From: a virus
Length of the DNA stretch: 64,000 bases
IMG/VR virus record: IMGVR_UViG_3300032087_004567
Strand: one strand, 5' to 3'
Both the position numbers and the translations under genes were made by a program. Position 1 is the first letter of the stretch, and the number at the start of each line of letters is the position of its first letter. Below, piece after piece: positions 39,475 to 49,361 of the stretch. The notes under the pieces were generated by a model, which was given only the letters and a program-made list of their open reading frames with translations, was not told the origin of the DNA and did no database searches.

Positions 39475-42348
39475 ATGGCACGAAGATTTGTAAATAATGG
39501 TAATTATAGTTTTACACCATCGACTAGTACAATTAAGGTAACCGGGTTTGTACCTATAGAAAAATTTTTAATGATCACCCATATTAATTCTGGTGTGGTT
39601 ATTCAACAGTTTGCATCACCAGAATTAAGAATTACAACACATAGTTATTCTCCTACATCAACTGATTTAGATACAGATTCAGGTGTAACAACTATTGTAT
39701 TAAATTATGATACAACATCGTTAAATGCATCAGATAAGTTACAAATAATTATTGAAGAAACAGATATAAGGTCTAAACCATTTGATTTTGGAGTTGATGC
39801 AATTGAGAGGGCAAGAGTATCAAATCCTAACAGTTTAATTGACGCCGACTTTGAATATGGAACTCAAGGTACAAAATGGCATACATTTACTTCAGTAAAT
39901 CAATTACCAGGAATATATGAAATACCCGGATCAGAAATTACAGTATCTAATGTAGCTACTAATAACACATCACCGTATTCAACTATTACAGTTACAGCAA
40001 ACGGCCATGGATTAGTAGTTAATAGTACGTATCAAGATGCGGTATCAATTTTTGGTTTACAAAATTCACCACCTACTGCATCTAGAGCAGAAGGAACATT
40101 TTTGGTTAATTCAGTTACTAATGCAAATGTATTTACCTATCTTGCAAAAGGATATGTTGGTCCTAATACAACCGTTGATATAGTAACTCCATATACACAG
40201 GCAAGAAAAGCTGCATTTTATACTGGTGCATCACTTGCAGTTACTAATGCGGTATCTGATGGTGCCAATCCATCTATTATAACAGTTAACACCGCTAATG
40301 CCCATGGTTTATTTCCTGGTCATACACTAGCAGTAACAACATCAGGTGCTAATAATCACGATTATGCAAAAGGTAACTTTTTTGTTAAGTCAGTTGAGTC
40401 AGCAAATCAGTTTACTTACGAAGCACTTACAGGTGCAGTAGTAGGTGCCGGAATGTCTAATACTAATATGGTAGTATATTCAAGACCAGATGGATTTAAT
40501 ATTCATAGACCTTTTGATGGTGGAGTATTAATTGGTCCAAATTCACCAGCACACGGTGCAAATGTATTAAGACAATCAAAACAATATTTTAGATATCAAT
40601 CTGGTAAAGGTATATTATGGACTTCAGGTACTTTATATCAGCCTAATTACGATATAGAATCGGTTACTGCATCAGGTAATGCAATTGGTGCTGCTATTAC
40701 AGTAACAACAGAACAAGCCCATGGTATTCAAGCAGGTTCAACTGTTATACTTTCTGGTATTGATACAGGAGGATTTAATGGTTCATATACTGTTGCATCT
40801 ATTGTATCAGAAAATAGTTTAACAGTTACATCAACAGCTGAATTAGAATTTGTAGGAGCCAATACTGCTGACTTACAAAGACGACCAAGACTTGCAGTAT
40901 CTGCATGGAGAGGTTCATCAATAAGGGCAGGTTTATTTGATGAGCAAAATGGATTATTTTGGGAGAGTGATGGTCAAAGAGTATCAGTAGTAAAAAGAAG
41001 TTCTACATTTCAGATTGCAGGGACAGTTGCAGTATCTAATGGTAGTCATGAAATCGTAGGTACAGGTACAAGATTTGTATCACAAGTACATGTAGGTGAT
41101 AATATTATTATTAGAGGGCAATCTAAAAAAGTGGTAAGTATTGCCAACAATACGTACATGGTAGTTAATCCAATGATAACTATTGGTGGTTCGGCATCGG
41201 TGTCTGGTATTAAGCTTGCGTTAACTATAGATGAAAGAGTACCACAGGAAGACTTTAATAGAGATAGAATTGATGGTACGGGGGGTTCTGGTTATAATTT
41301 TGACTTTAATAAAATGCAGATGACCGGTATCGATTATTCATGGTACGGTGCCGGTTTTGCTGACTTTATTATTAGAGGGTTAAATGGAGATTTTGTAACA
41401 GTACATAGATTTAAAAATAATAATATAAATGATGAAGCATATATGAGATCTGGTAACTTACCAGCACGATATGAAATTGTAAATGAAGCTTCAAAATCTT
41501 ATTTAACTGTTGCAGCTAATACTACAAATGATTTTTTAACTCTTGCAAACACTTATTTCTTTCCTTCTAGTGGAACTTTATATGTTGATAATGAACTTGT
41601 ATCATACACTGGAAAAACAAATGCAAATAATACTTTAACTGGTGTATCAAGGGCGGCTTCTTTAAGTCAGTTTACTGGAGGGGAAACAAAAACATTTACA
41701 GCAGGTGCTGCAGCTGCACATGCAGTTGATGCAGGAGTAACTATAGCCGATGTTACATGTTCACCTACATTATCACACTGGGGATCATCTGTTATTATGG
41801 ATGGTGGTTTTGACTTAGATAGAGGTTACTTTTTTAATTATGGTGAAGAAAATAAAGCAGTAGGTGGTAATTCTACAGGTACTGGATTTTTAATAAGACT
41901 AGCACCATCGGTTAGTAACGGTCTTGCTGGCTCGTTAGGACAGCGTGAGTTAATAAACAGAGCGCTTATTTTATTACAAAAGGTTGAAATTATTACCAAT
42001 AGAGATACAATTGTACAAGGTATATTAAATCCAACGGGTGTAACAGGTATTACTTGGAGTAATATTAATTCATCTTCTTTTGGATCACAACCTTCATTTG
42101 TACAAATATCAAATAGCTTTACAGGTACTGCAGCACCAGGTGAACAAATATTTTCAACAATTGCATCAAGAGCAGGGGGTATTACAACATTTGATTTATC
42201 TGAACTTAAGGCATTAGGTAATGGTGTTGTAGGAGGTGATTTACAATATCCAGATGGACCTGATGTACTAGCAATAAATTTTGTAAACACAGATGCACAA
42301 AGCGCAAATATTCAAGTTAACTTATTCTGGACAGAAACACAGGCCTAA
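39475..42348 (+). CDS. Large beta-rich virion/fibre protein
   Basis: Y.F.P, RVSNP.SLIDADFEYG.Q.TKW, repeated TV....HG. modules, RQ.K.YFRYQSGKG, W.GAG, HWGSSVIMDG.FD. Confidence 0.65.
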   Translation: MARRFVNNGNYSFTPSTSTIKVTGFVPIEKFLMITHINSGVVIQQFASPELRITTHSYSPTSTDLDTDSGVTTIVLNYDTTSLNASDKLQIIIEETDIRSKPFDFGVDAIERARVSNPNSLIDADFEYGTQGTKWHTFTSVNQLPGIYEIPGSEITVSNVATNNTSPYSTITVTANGHGLVVNSTYQDAVSIFGLQNSPPTASRAEGTFLVNSVTNANVFTYLAKGYVGPNTTVDIVTPYTQARKAAFYTGASLAVTNAVSDGANPSIITVNTANAHGLFPGHTLAVTTSGANNHDYAKGNFFVKSVESANQFTYEALTGAVVGAGMSNTNMVVYSRPDGFNIHRPFDGGVLIGPNSPAHGANVLRQSKQYFRYQSGKGILWTSGTLYQPNYDIESVTASGNAIGAAITVTTEQAHGIQAGSTVILSGIDTGGFNGSYTVASIVSENSLTVTSTAELEFVGANTADLQRRPRLAVSAWRGSSIRAGLFDEQNGLFWESDGQRVSVVKRSSTFQIAGTVAVSNGSHEIVGTGTRFVSQVHVGDNIIIRGQSKKVVSIANNTYMVVNPMITIGGSASVSGIKLALTIDERVPQEDFNRDRIDGTGGSGYNFDFNKMQMTGIDYSWYGAGFADFIIRGLNGDFVTVHRFKNNNINDEAYMRSGNLPARYEIVNEASKSYLTVAANTTNDFLTLANTYFFPSSGTLYVDNELVSYTGKTNANNTLTGVSRAASLSQFTGGETKTFTAGAAAAHAVDAGVTIADVTCSPTLSHWGSSVIMDGGFDLDRGYFFNYGEENKAVGGNSTGTGFLIRLAPSVSNGLAGSLGQRELINRALILLQKVEIITNRDTIVQGILNPTGVTGITWSNINSSSFGSQPSFVQISNSFTGTAAPGEQIFSTIASRAGGITTFDLSELKALGNGVVGGDLQYPDGPDVLAINFVNTDAQSANIQVNLFWTETQA

Positions 42349-42351
42349 AAT

Positions 42352-43437
42352 ATGTCATATATTGGTGTACAAACAGTAAAGACTGCAAGAATAGAAACAG
42401 AGATAACTGCAACAAATAACCAAACTACTTTTAATCCTAACGGGGGATATCAAAGAGGTTTTATTGATGTATACGTTGATGGTATAAAAAAGAATAGTGG
42501 AACAGATTTTAATGCAACAGATGGTGTATCAGTTGTATTTACATCTCATGTAACTAATAATTCGATTGTATCTTTGGTTGCCTTTGGTCCTGTTAACATG
42601 GCATCGGTAGTTTCAAGATCAGGTGATTCTATTACTGGGGATTTAACCTTACCTAATTTAACTGCATCGGCAAATGTACAGGCTAATAATTTTAATGGTA
42701 CACATTTAGATGTATCAAATTCAGTAACATTTCATTATGGTGCTAATATAACTGGTGCAACCACCCAAACCGGTGATATGACCGTTACTGGCAATTTAAC
42801 TATTGATGGTAGTTTATCTATCGTAGGATCAGCATCAGAGGTAACAACATCCTCATTAAGTGTTGATGATACAATAATTAAACTTGGTGGTAATAATACA
42901 TCTGATGTTTTAGATATTGGTTTTGCAGGTGCTTATTCAAATGGCTCGGCAAATTTATATGCTGGAGTTATACGAGATGGTGCATTAAAAAAGTTTTATT
43001 TCTTTAAAGATTATACTGCTGCAGTTAATAACAATATTGATACTGGTGATGCATCTTTTACAGTTGCAAATGTAGTTGGAAATTTTGAAGGTAATTTAAC
43101 TGCAAATTCAATTTTAACAGATTCGGTAAGTTCTGGTAATATATCTTTAACTGCAGGTATTCATGTAACTGGTGATGCAACTGGGTATAGACAAACTATG
43201 ACAACAAGTTATGGTGGTGCAGCAGGATCGGCTGAAGGAAGATTTGAATACCATGCTAATGCATGGAATTTTAATGCAGGTTCAGATAGTGCAAACCTTG
43301 CAGTATTTAGACGAGGTGGTACAATAGTTTCATATATAGATAATAATGGTGATTCGTATTATGCAAATGGTTCATCAATAGGTGGTGGCGGTGTTACCAC
43401 TGGTAAGTCAATTGCAATGGCAATTGTGTTCGGTTAG
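42352..43437 (+). CDS. Fibre linker/shaft protein ending in IAMAIVFG
   Basis: MSYIG, QTTF, DVYVDG.K, DF.ATDG..V, V.G.L.I.G, terminal TGKSIAMAIVFG. Confidence 0.6.
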   Translation: MSYIGVQTVKTARIETEITATNNQTTFNPNGGYQRGFIDVYVDGIKKNSGTDFNATDGVSVVFTSHVTNNSIVSLVAFGPVNMASVVSRSGDSITGDLTLPNLTASANVQANNFNGTHLDVSNSVTFHYGANITGATTQTGDMTVTGNLTIDGSLSIVGSASEVTTSSLSVDDTIIKLGGNNTSDVLDIGFAGAYSNGSANLYAGVIRDGALKKFYFFKDYTAAVNNNIDTGDASFTVANVVGNFEGNLTANSILTDSVSSGNISLTAGIHVTGDATGYRQTMTTSYGGAAGSAEGRFEYHANAWNFNAGSDSANLAVFRRGGTIVSYIDNNGDSYYANGSSIGGGGVTTGKSIAMAIVFG

Positions 43438-43447
43438 AGGAAAATAA

Positions 43448-43810
43448 ATGGCAAATCCAAATATAGTAAATGTATCAGATATAAGAGGTAAAACAGTTGG
43501 TGCAAATCTTTCAACAACAGCCGCCAATGTGGTAACTAATTCAAGTGGTAGTAATAAGGTGTTTAAAGTTAATTCATTTGTTGTATCAAATATAGATGGT
43601 ACAAATGCTGCAGATGTTACCGCTGGGGTTTATAAAGGAGGATCGGTATTATATCATTTAGCATATACTATTTCAGTACCTGCCGATTCTACATTAGTTG
43701 TTGTATCAAAAGATACTGGAATATACTTAGAGGAGAATGATAGTATTAGAGCTACCGCATCAGCTAATTCTGATTTGCAAGCTGTAATTTCTTATGAAGA
43801 GATAAGCTAA
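43448..43810 (+). CDS. Small beta-sandwich virion adaptor
   Basis: MANPNIVNV..I.GKT, KVN...V.N.DGTN, TISVPAD.TL, YLEE.D, SYEEIS. Confidence 0.65.
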   Translation: MANPNIVNVSDIRGKTVGANLSTTAANVVTNSSGSNKVFKVNSFVVSNIDGTNAADVTAGVYKGGSVLYHLAYTISVPADSTLVVVSKDTGIYLEENDSIRATASANSDLQAVISYEEIS

Positions 43811-44658
43811 TGGGCTTTTATACTACTAATGGTGGTAAGATAGGTACTGGTGAAATACTTGAAAAAGATGGTGTGTTTGATCAAAAAACCAATTTAATTA
43901 AACCAATTATTACAACAGTTAGATCTACTCAAGCGTATCAAAGCGGAGTAATGGCAGGCGGTACGAGTCAAACAAATGTAACATCACAAACACAAAGTAT
44001 AGGTCTATCATCAGCCAACTATTCGTCAAATAGAAGATATGTTATAGCATTATTTGGATTTAGAGATTCAGGTGGTGCATTAACTAATAATCGAACACCT
44101 CAAGTAAATACAGTTACTCTTGGTGGTGTTGCTCTAACAAAATTAGATGAAGGACATAGTGATTTTAATTCCTCTATTATTGCAGCTGGATTTGTTAGCA
44201 GAACAGGTACTCAAAATTTTACTTTTACCTTTAACAATTCTATAAGTGGAGGTGCTGGTTATGTTAGCTTGCTTGTTTTTGATAGGGTTGATGGGGTAAG
44301 CTTTGCTTCTAAAACTTATAGTGCCAGTTCTTCAACTGGTAATGTAATAATAAATTCTAGTTCAGATATACCTGCAGGTATAGCAGGTACAGGAAGAGGT
44401 CAAACTGTTAGAGTTATAGGGTTAAATGCTTCTAATCCTAGTACTGCTCCAACTTGGACTGCAAGTGATGGATTTACTTACGCATCGTGGTTTAGCCAAG
44501 ATAATGGAACGACTGAATTTTCCGTAGGTCTTTATCATATATCAACTATAATTACAGGTACACAAAATAGTATTTCAGGTACGGTAGGAGGTGTAACTGC
44601 TGGTCAAGGTAAAGGATTTATTGGAGCTGATTTTAAAATGTTTTCATATACAGGATAA
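43810..44658 (+). CDS. Putative receptor-binding/adhesin protein
   Basis: NGGKIG N-terminus, S/T/G-rich beta protein within the fibre cluster. Confidence 0.45.
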   Translation: MGFYTTNGGKIGTGEILEKDGVFDQKTNLIKPIITTVRSTQAYQSGVMAGGTSQTNVTSQTQSIGLSSANYSSNRRYVIALFGFRDSGGALTNNRTPQVNTVTLGGVALTKLDEGHSDFNSSIIAAGFVSRTGTQNFTFTFNNSISGGAGYVSLLVFDRVDGVSFASKTYSASSSTGNVIINSSSDIPAGIAGTGRGQTVRVIGLNASNPSTAPTWTASDGFTYASWFSQDNGTTEFSVGLYHISTIITGTQNSISGTVGGVTAGQGKGFIGADFKMFSYTG

Positions 44659-44674
44659 TTAATAGGGTTTATTT

Positions 44675-46564
44675 ATGCGAAGAAATTCGGGAATAGTTGG
44701 TAAAAGAATTATCACCACAACTAGCAATACCTCCGGTGTACATGATTTATTTGATGCTTTTAATAAAGTAAAGGATAATACCTATCAACCAACAATAAGA
44801 ATCACACAATATGGCAATACAACTTTAAATACTACTTCTAATACTTATGTTGAGAATTCTCGAAGATTAATACCAATATTTTTTAGTGGTATTACTGAAC
44901 AAACTTTTATATATTATAAGTTTTTAAACGTACAAAATACTACTGCAAACACTTTTGGTGGAAGACTACCGGGTGATTTTCTTGGCCAACTTAGTGATGG
45001 TGACGGTGCTGGTATCTTTAATGCGTATGCAAATAATTTTGGCGCACATTTTGTTGTTATTGGTATAGATGGTAGAAATAATAAACCTAATACACAATTT
45101 AAATTTGTATATTCAACGGGTGATTATTATGATAATGGAGGTTCAATAATAGGTGAAAGTGACATATTTACTATACCAAAAATTGCCTTTACAGAGAAAA
45201 CTTTTAGTTCAGCATCAATTGATGAAGGGAGTGCTAGTAGTAGTAGACCAACTATAAAAATAACACCAGACGCTAATACGTTTGGAGATTATCAAGCTGC
45301 CTGGGTATTTACTGGAATGAGATCTGGAGGTACCGCAAATAATGCTGAGGTAATTTATAATGTTCGTTATGCTAACTCGGAATTACAAAGTACTAAAAAT
45401 TGGGGGTCACATTCTAATACCGAGATGGTTATTGGCTCCAGCTTGAATTATTATGTGCGAGGCTCTGGTTCAACAGATTCAAATACTACTATTTATGCAG
45501 AGGTTGAAGGGGCAGGAGATTTTTTAACTGAAGGTAGTGAAACTTTTAATCCTGGCTTTATTATAGTTCCATATTATACTGTTGGTAGTAACGCTATAAT
45601 AAGTGCAACAGATCTTACCGATGATGAGATGTTCACTATGCCCCAACTTACAATTTCAGATACCTCCACTAATGCTACATTTACTGTTACGTCTAGCGTC
45701 ACTACAATTACTGAAGGTGGTTCAGTTAATATTGTTTTAACTGATACATCACAATCAAATAATAATGCTAACTTTTTTTATTCTCTTGATGGAACTAATA
45801 TTAATGCAAACGATTTTAGTATGACCCCTGGTAATGGTTACATAACAATGACCGGATCTACAGCAAACGTAACTGTTACAACCGCTCAAGATAGTGATAC
45901 AGGGACTGAAAATTTTACGGTTAATTTTAGAACAGGTAGTAATAGCGGTCCTATTGTTGCATCGAGTAACACTATTACGCTTAATGCACTTTCGCTATCT
46001 AATGCCCATGTTGTTTTTGCTGAACATAGATATGGATCAAATATAGGAACGGCTAGATTAAAAGTAGTTAATACTAGTGGTACAGAACTAGCAACATTAA
46101 GAACTGTATCTGGGCAGGTCGGTAACTTCTGGTCATTAATAACTGCTCCTGGAATTACTGGTTTAACTCCAGGTACACAAATAAGGTTTTTATGGCATTA
46201 TACTTCAGCAAGTTCATTTAGAGGTGATTATGCAATTGATTATGTACGATGGTACAAAGATGGTGTAGCACAAAGTTGGCCTTCTTCAACTTATGGTAAT
46301 TTTGAAAACAGTACAGATAGATCAGGATGGCTTACTAATAGAAGATCAACTACTAACTACACAACTGCTGCGGCCGCATTATCTGTTGCAACAAATTTAG
46401 CTGTCAGTACACAAAATCGTGTATGGAATGTTGATTCAGGAACCACACCTTCAAGTAGTACCGGACCTTCTGGTGCATACAATGGCACATACTTTGCATA
46501 TACTGAAGTTTCTTCAGCTTATGGTCGTGATTTTTGGTTATTTTCTCCAGTGGTAACAATATGA
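44675..46564 (+). CDS. Putative adhesin with Calx-beta/Ig-like modules and C-terminal permuted MAM-like domain
   Basis: RRNSGIVG, SI.EG and TEG.E.F modules, GDYAID, W....GTTPSSSTGP...G.Y.AY.E.S. Confidence 0.6.
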   Translation: MRRNSGIVGKRIITTTSNTSGVHDLFDAFNKVKDNTYQPTIRITQYGNTTLNTTSNTYVENSRRLIPIFFSGITEQTFIYYKFLNVQNTTANTFGGRLPGDFLGQLSDGDGAGIFNAYANNFGAHFVVIGIDGRNNKPNTQFKFVYSTGDYYDNGGSIIGESDIFTIPKIAFTEKTFSSASIDEGSASSSRPTIKITPDANTFGDYQAAWVFTGMRSGGTANNAEVIYNVRYANSELQSTKNWGSHSNTEMVIGSSLNYYVRGSGSTDSNTTIYAEVEGAGDFLTEGSETFNPGFIIVPYYTVGSNAIISATDLTDDEMFTMPQLTISDTSTNATFTVTSSVTTITEGGSVNIVLTDTSQSNNNANFFYSLDGTNINANDFSMTPGNGYITMTGSTANVTVTTAQDSDTGTENFTVNFRTGSNSGPIVASSNTITLNALSLSNAHVVFAEHRYGSNIGTARLKVVNTSGTELATLRTVSGQVGNFWSLITAPGITGLTPGTQIRFLWHYTSASSFRGDYAIDYVRWYKDGVAQSWPSSTYGNFENSTDRSGWLTNRRSTTNYTTAAAALSVATNLAVSTQNRVWNVDSGTTPSSSTGPSGAYNGTYFAYTEVSSAYGRDFWLFSPVVTI

Positions 46565-47049
46565 TCAAACACTTACAATTTTCATATAACGGGCAATATC
46601 CAATTATTTTTGAAAAATTACCAGATAGAATAAGGTTAAGTAATGGGCTTACTATTACAGATAAAGATAATTTTACATTAGAAAATTTAAGAGATGCAGG
46701 TTATATAGTTGCTCCTACCATACCTGATTATAATTGTAATAATGAGAAGTTAATATGGAATGGTAGTGATTGGGAGGTAGTTTCATTAACTGATAGTGAG
46801 TTAGATAATATAAAACAAGAATATGTAAATATAATGATAGAGGAAATTAATATAGAAATAAATGAATGTAATAATTTAATTTTTAATTCTGGAGATGATA
46901 TAGATACGGTAGAAAAAGAAGGATTAGATGCTGACTATGTAACTGCAATGAAGAATTATATTACTACTTTAAACACATTAAAGGATACTACTTTTCCTAA
47001 TGCAGATGATCCTTTTTCATTAAAAGTACCGAACAGACCTGAAGAATAA
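46561..47049 (+). CDS. Probable fibre chaperone (start probably ATG 46561)
   Basis: YP...LP.RIRLS.G.T.TD, L.DAGY, L.W.G..W.V; ATGA overlap with the upstream stop. Confidence 0.55.
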   Translation: MIKHLQFSYNGQYPIIFEKLPDRIRLSNGLTITDKDNFTLENLRDAGYIVAPTIPDYNCNNEKLIWNGSDWEVVSLTDSELDNIKQEYVNIMIEEINIEINECNNLIFNSGDDIDTVEKEGLDADYVTAMKNYITTLNTLKDTTFPNADDPFSLKVPNRPEE

Positions 47050-47065
47050 TCTAATAATCCATACG

Positions 47066-47073
47066 TATAAATA
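47066..47073 (+). promoter_or_regulatory. T4 late promoter TATAAATA (gp13)
   Basis: Exact consensus followed by AGGAG RBS. Confidence 0.85.
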
Positions 47074-47094
47074 CTTAAAAATCAGGAGTATTTA

Positions 47095-48072
47095 ATGGCC
47101 GTACCAATATCAAGAGCAGAATTCAAAGAATATTGCCTAAGAAAATTAGGCAAACCAGTTATAGAGATCAATGTAGACGACGATCAAGTAGATGATAGAG
47201 TTGATGAGTCACTTCGTTATTATTGGGATTATCATTTTGATGGGTCAGAAAGAACGTTTTACAAATATAAAGTTAGCGGTGGTGAAAGTCAAAAATCAGT
47301 AAAACAAATATCAATTTCTACACCAGGTTCTGGATATAGTAATAGCGATACAATTGTATTTACTGGTAGTGCAGATGAAAGTGCTGCAGCAACTCTTACT
47401 ACATATTCTAACGGTTCAATATCAGAAATTAAAATGACTAACTACGGTAGTGGATATACATCTGCACCCACAGTTAGCATTACAACATCAACCGGATCAG
47501 GTGCAGCATTAGATGCACATTTAGGTGATGGATCAATTACATTACCTGAAAACATAATAGGTGCAATACAAGTATTTCCAATAGGAGATCCAACAGTAAG
47601 TTCTAATGACTTATTTAATATAAGATATCAAATTGCACTTAACGATCTTTATACTTTAACTTCTGTATCAATGGTACCATATTATATGGTAATGCAACAC
47701 CTTGCATTAATACAAGAGGTATTAGTAGGTAAACAGGCCATAAGATATAACAGACATAAAAATCAATTACATTTAGATATGGACTGGGATAAGGTTAAAC
47801 AAAATGATATCTTATTGATAGAGGCATATCAAGTAGTTGACCCTGATGAATATACTAATGCATGGGGTGATAGATGGTTACAAACATATGCTACAGCAAA
47901 GATTAAATATCAATGGGGATCCAATCTAACTAAATTTAGTGGATTACAATTACCAGGTGGTGTTCAGTTTAATGGTGAAAAAATAATGGATGATGCTAAA
48001 GCTGAAATAGATAAGTTAGAACAAGAGATGATTAGTTCTTACTCACTACCAGTAATGGATATGATAGGATAA
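47095..48072 (+). CDS. gp13: Neck protein with inserted GSGY domain
   Basis: P.SR..FK.YCLR.LG.PVIEINVDDDQ..DR, YH.DG, WL..YATA.IK.QWG.NL.KF.G.QLPGGV..NG. Confidence 0.95.
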   Translation: MAVPISRAEFKEYCLRKLGKPVIEINVDDDQVDDRVDESLRYYWDYHFDGSERTFYKYKVSGGESQKSVKQISISTPGSGYSNSDTIVFTGSADESAAATLTTYSNGSISEIKMTNYGSGYTSAPTVSITTSTGSGAALDAHLGDGSITLPENIIGAIQVFPIGDPTVSSNDLFNIRYQIALNDLYTLTSVSMVPYYMVMQHLALIQEVLVGKQAIRYNRHKNQLHLDMDWDKVKQNDILLIEAYQVVDPDEYTNAWGDRWLQTYATAKIKYQWGSNLTKFSGLQLPGGVQFNGEKIMDDAKAEIDKLEQEMISSYSLPVMDMIG

Positions 48073-48075
48073 TAA

Positions 48076-49353
48076 ATGCCAATAACACATAATATTAAGA
48101 GTCCAGTTACACTGGCTGCAGCTGATATTACTGAAGCAGAGATAGCCAATGGTGCTGTAACTGATAATAAAGTTAATTTTACTAGTAGTATTGCAGTAGG
48201 TAATAGTACGGTTAATACAACTATAACAAATCAATCTATTGATACATATGCACCTATTACTAATAAAAATCTTATTATTAATGGTGGTATGAATGTTTAT
48301 CAAAGAACTGCAAATAGTGGTTCTACGTCGGCTAATGGGTATCATCTAGCAGATAGATTTGAGACTACTGGAACTAGCCATGGCTCTCAAACCCATGGTA
48401 TTACAACTGACGTACCATCAGGATATGGATTTACTAGTAGTTATAGAATTTACAGAGATGGTATAAATGATTCTTCAGCACCAAACCCATCAGCAGCTAC
48501 TATACTTACACTTTCACAAAAAATTGAAGGGCAGAATCTTCAGCATTTATGTAAGGGTACATCTAATGCAAAAGAATTAACATTAAGTTTTTGGAGTAAG
48601 TTTTCAAGCGGTAATGGTAATGTTTTTGTAGTAGAACTAGTTGATTTAGATAATAACAGACAAATATCTAAAGCACTTTCTTCATCGTCAGACTGGACAA
48701 AAAATACCGCTACATTTCCTGCTGATACTACTGGTGCATTTGATAATGATAATAATGCTAGCTTACAAGTAAATATTTGGCTTAATGCAGGAAGTAATTA
48801 TACTAGTGGAACTTTTAATGATTCGGCTTGGGCATCTACAACTGATGCAAATAGAGTTAAGTCAGATATTATGCATTTTATGTCTGTCGATAGCAGTACT
48901 GGTGCACCTACTAGTTTTCATTTTACAGGAGTGCAATTAGAGGTTGGTGATACAGCAACAGGGTTCGAGTTTGAACCATATGAAACATTATTAAGAAAAT
49001 GTCAAAGATATTTTGAGTTAACCGACCATGGAACCGATGATGTTCCTCCATGTGCAGTAGTTAATGGTAATGGTGTTTATAGAAGTCAGGCAATATTTTA
49101 TAAAGTTGAAAAAAGAGATAAACCTACTTGTGCACAAAGAGTTGCGTGGACTCCTCAATATTATAATGGTAGTAGTGTAAATGTAAATAATGATTATAAT
49201 TTTAATGGAAATAAGTATGGTTATGTTTTAGGTGGAACGGCATCTGGTAGAACCACGTATCAAGCTTTGGGTAGTTCTAGCGTTCCTTTTACAGGCCCTG
49301 CTGAAGGAGCAGGTTTATCAAATTATGTAATTGAATCAGATGCAGAATTATAG
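48076..49353 (+). CDS. Fibre/adhesin, paralog of 14145..15296, inserted between gp13 and gp14
   Basis: KNLIINGGM.V.QR, ADRF, QKIEGQNLQHL, LTLSFW.K, GVQLEVG..AT.FE, CQRYF, terminal DAEL. Confidence 0.7.
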   Translation: MPITHNIKSPVTLAAADITEAEIANGAVTDNKVNFTSSIAVGNSTVNTTITNQSIDTYAPITNKNLIINGGMNVYQRTANSGSTSANGYHLADRFETTGTSHGSQTHGITTDVPSGYGFTSSYRIYRDGINDSSAPNPSAATILTLSQKIEGQNLQHLCKGTSNAKELTLSFWSKFSSGNGNVFVVELVDLDNNRQISKALSSSSDWTKNTATFPADTTGAFDNDNNASLQVNIWLNAGSNYTSGTFNDSAWASTTDANRVKSDIMHFMSVDSSTGAPTSFHFTGVQLEVGDTATGFEFEPYETLLRKCQRYFELTDHGTDDVPPCAVVNGNGVYRSQAIFYKVEKRDKPTCAQRVAWTPQYYNGSSVNVNNDYNFNGNKYGYVLGGTASGRTTYQALGSSSVPFTGPAEGAGLSNYVIESDAEL

Positions 49354-49361
49354 GAGAAGAT

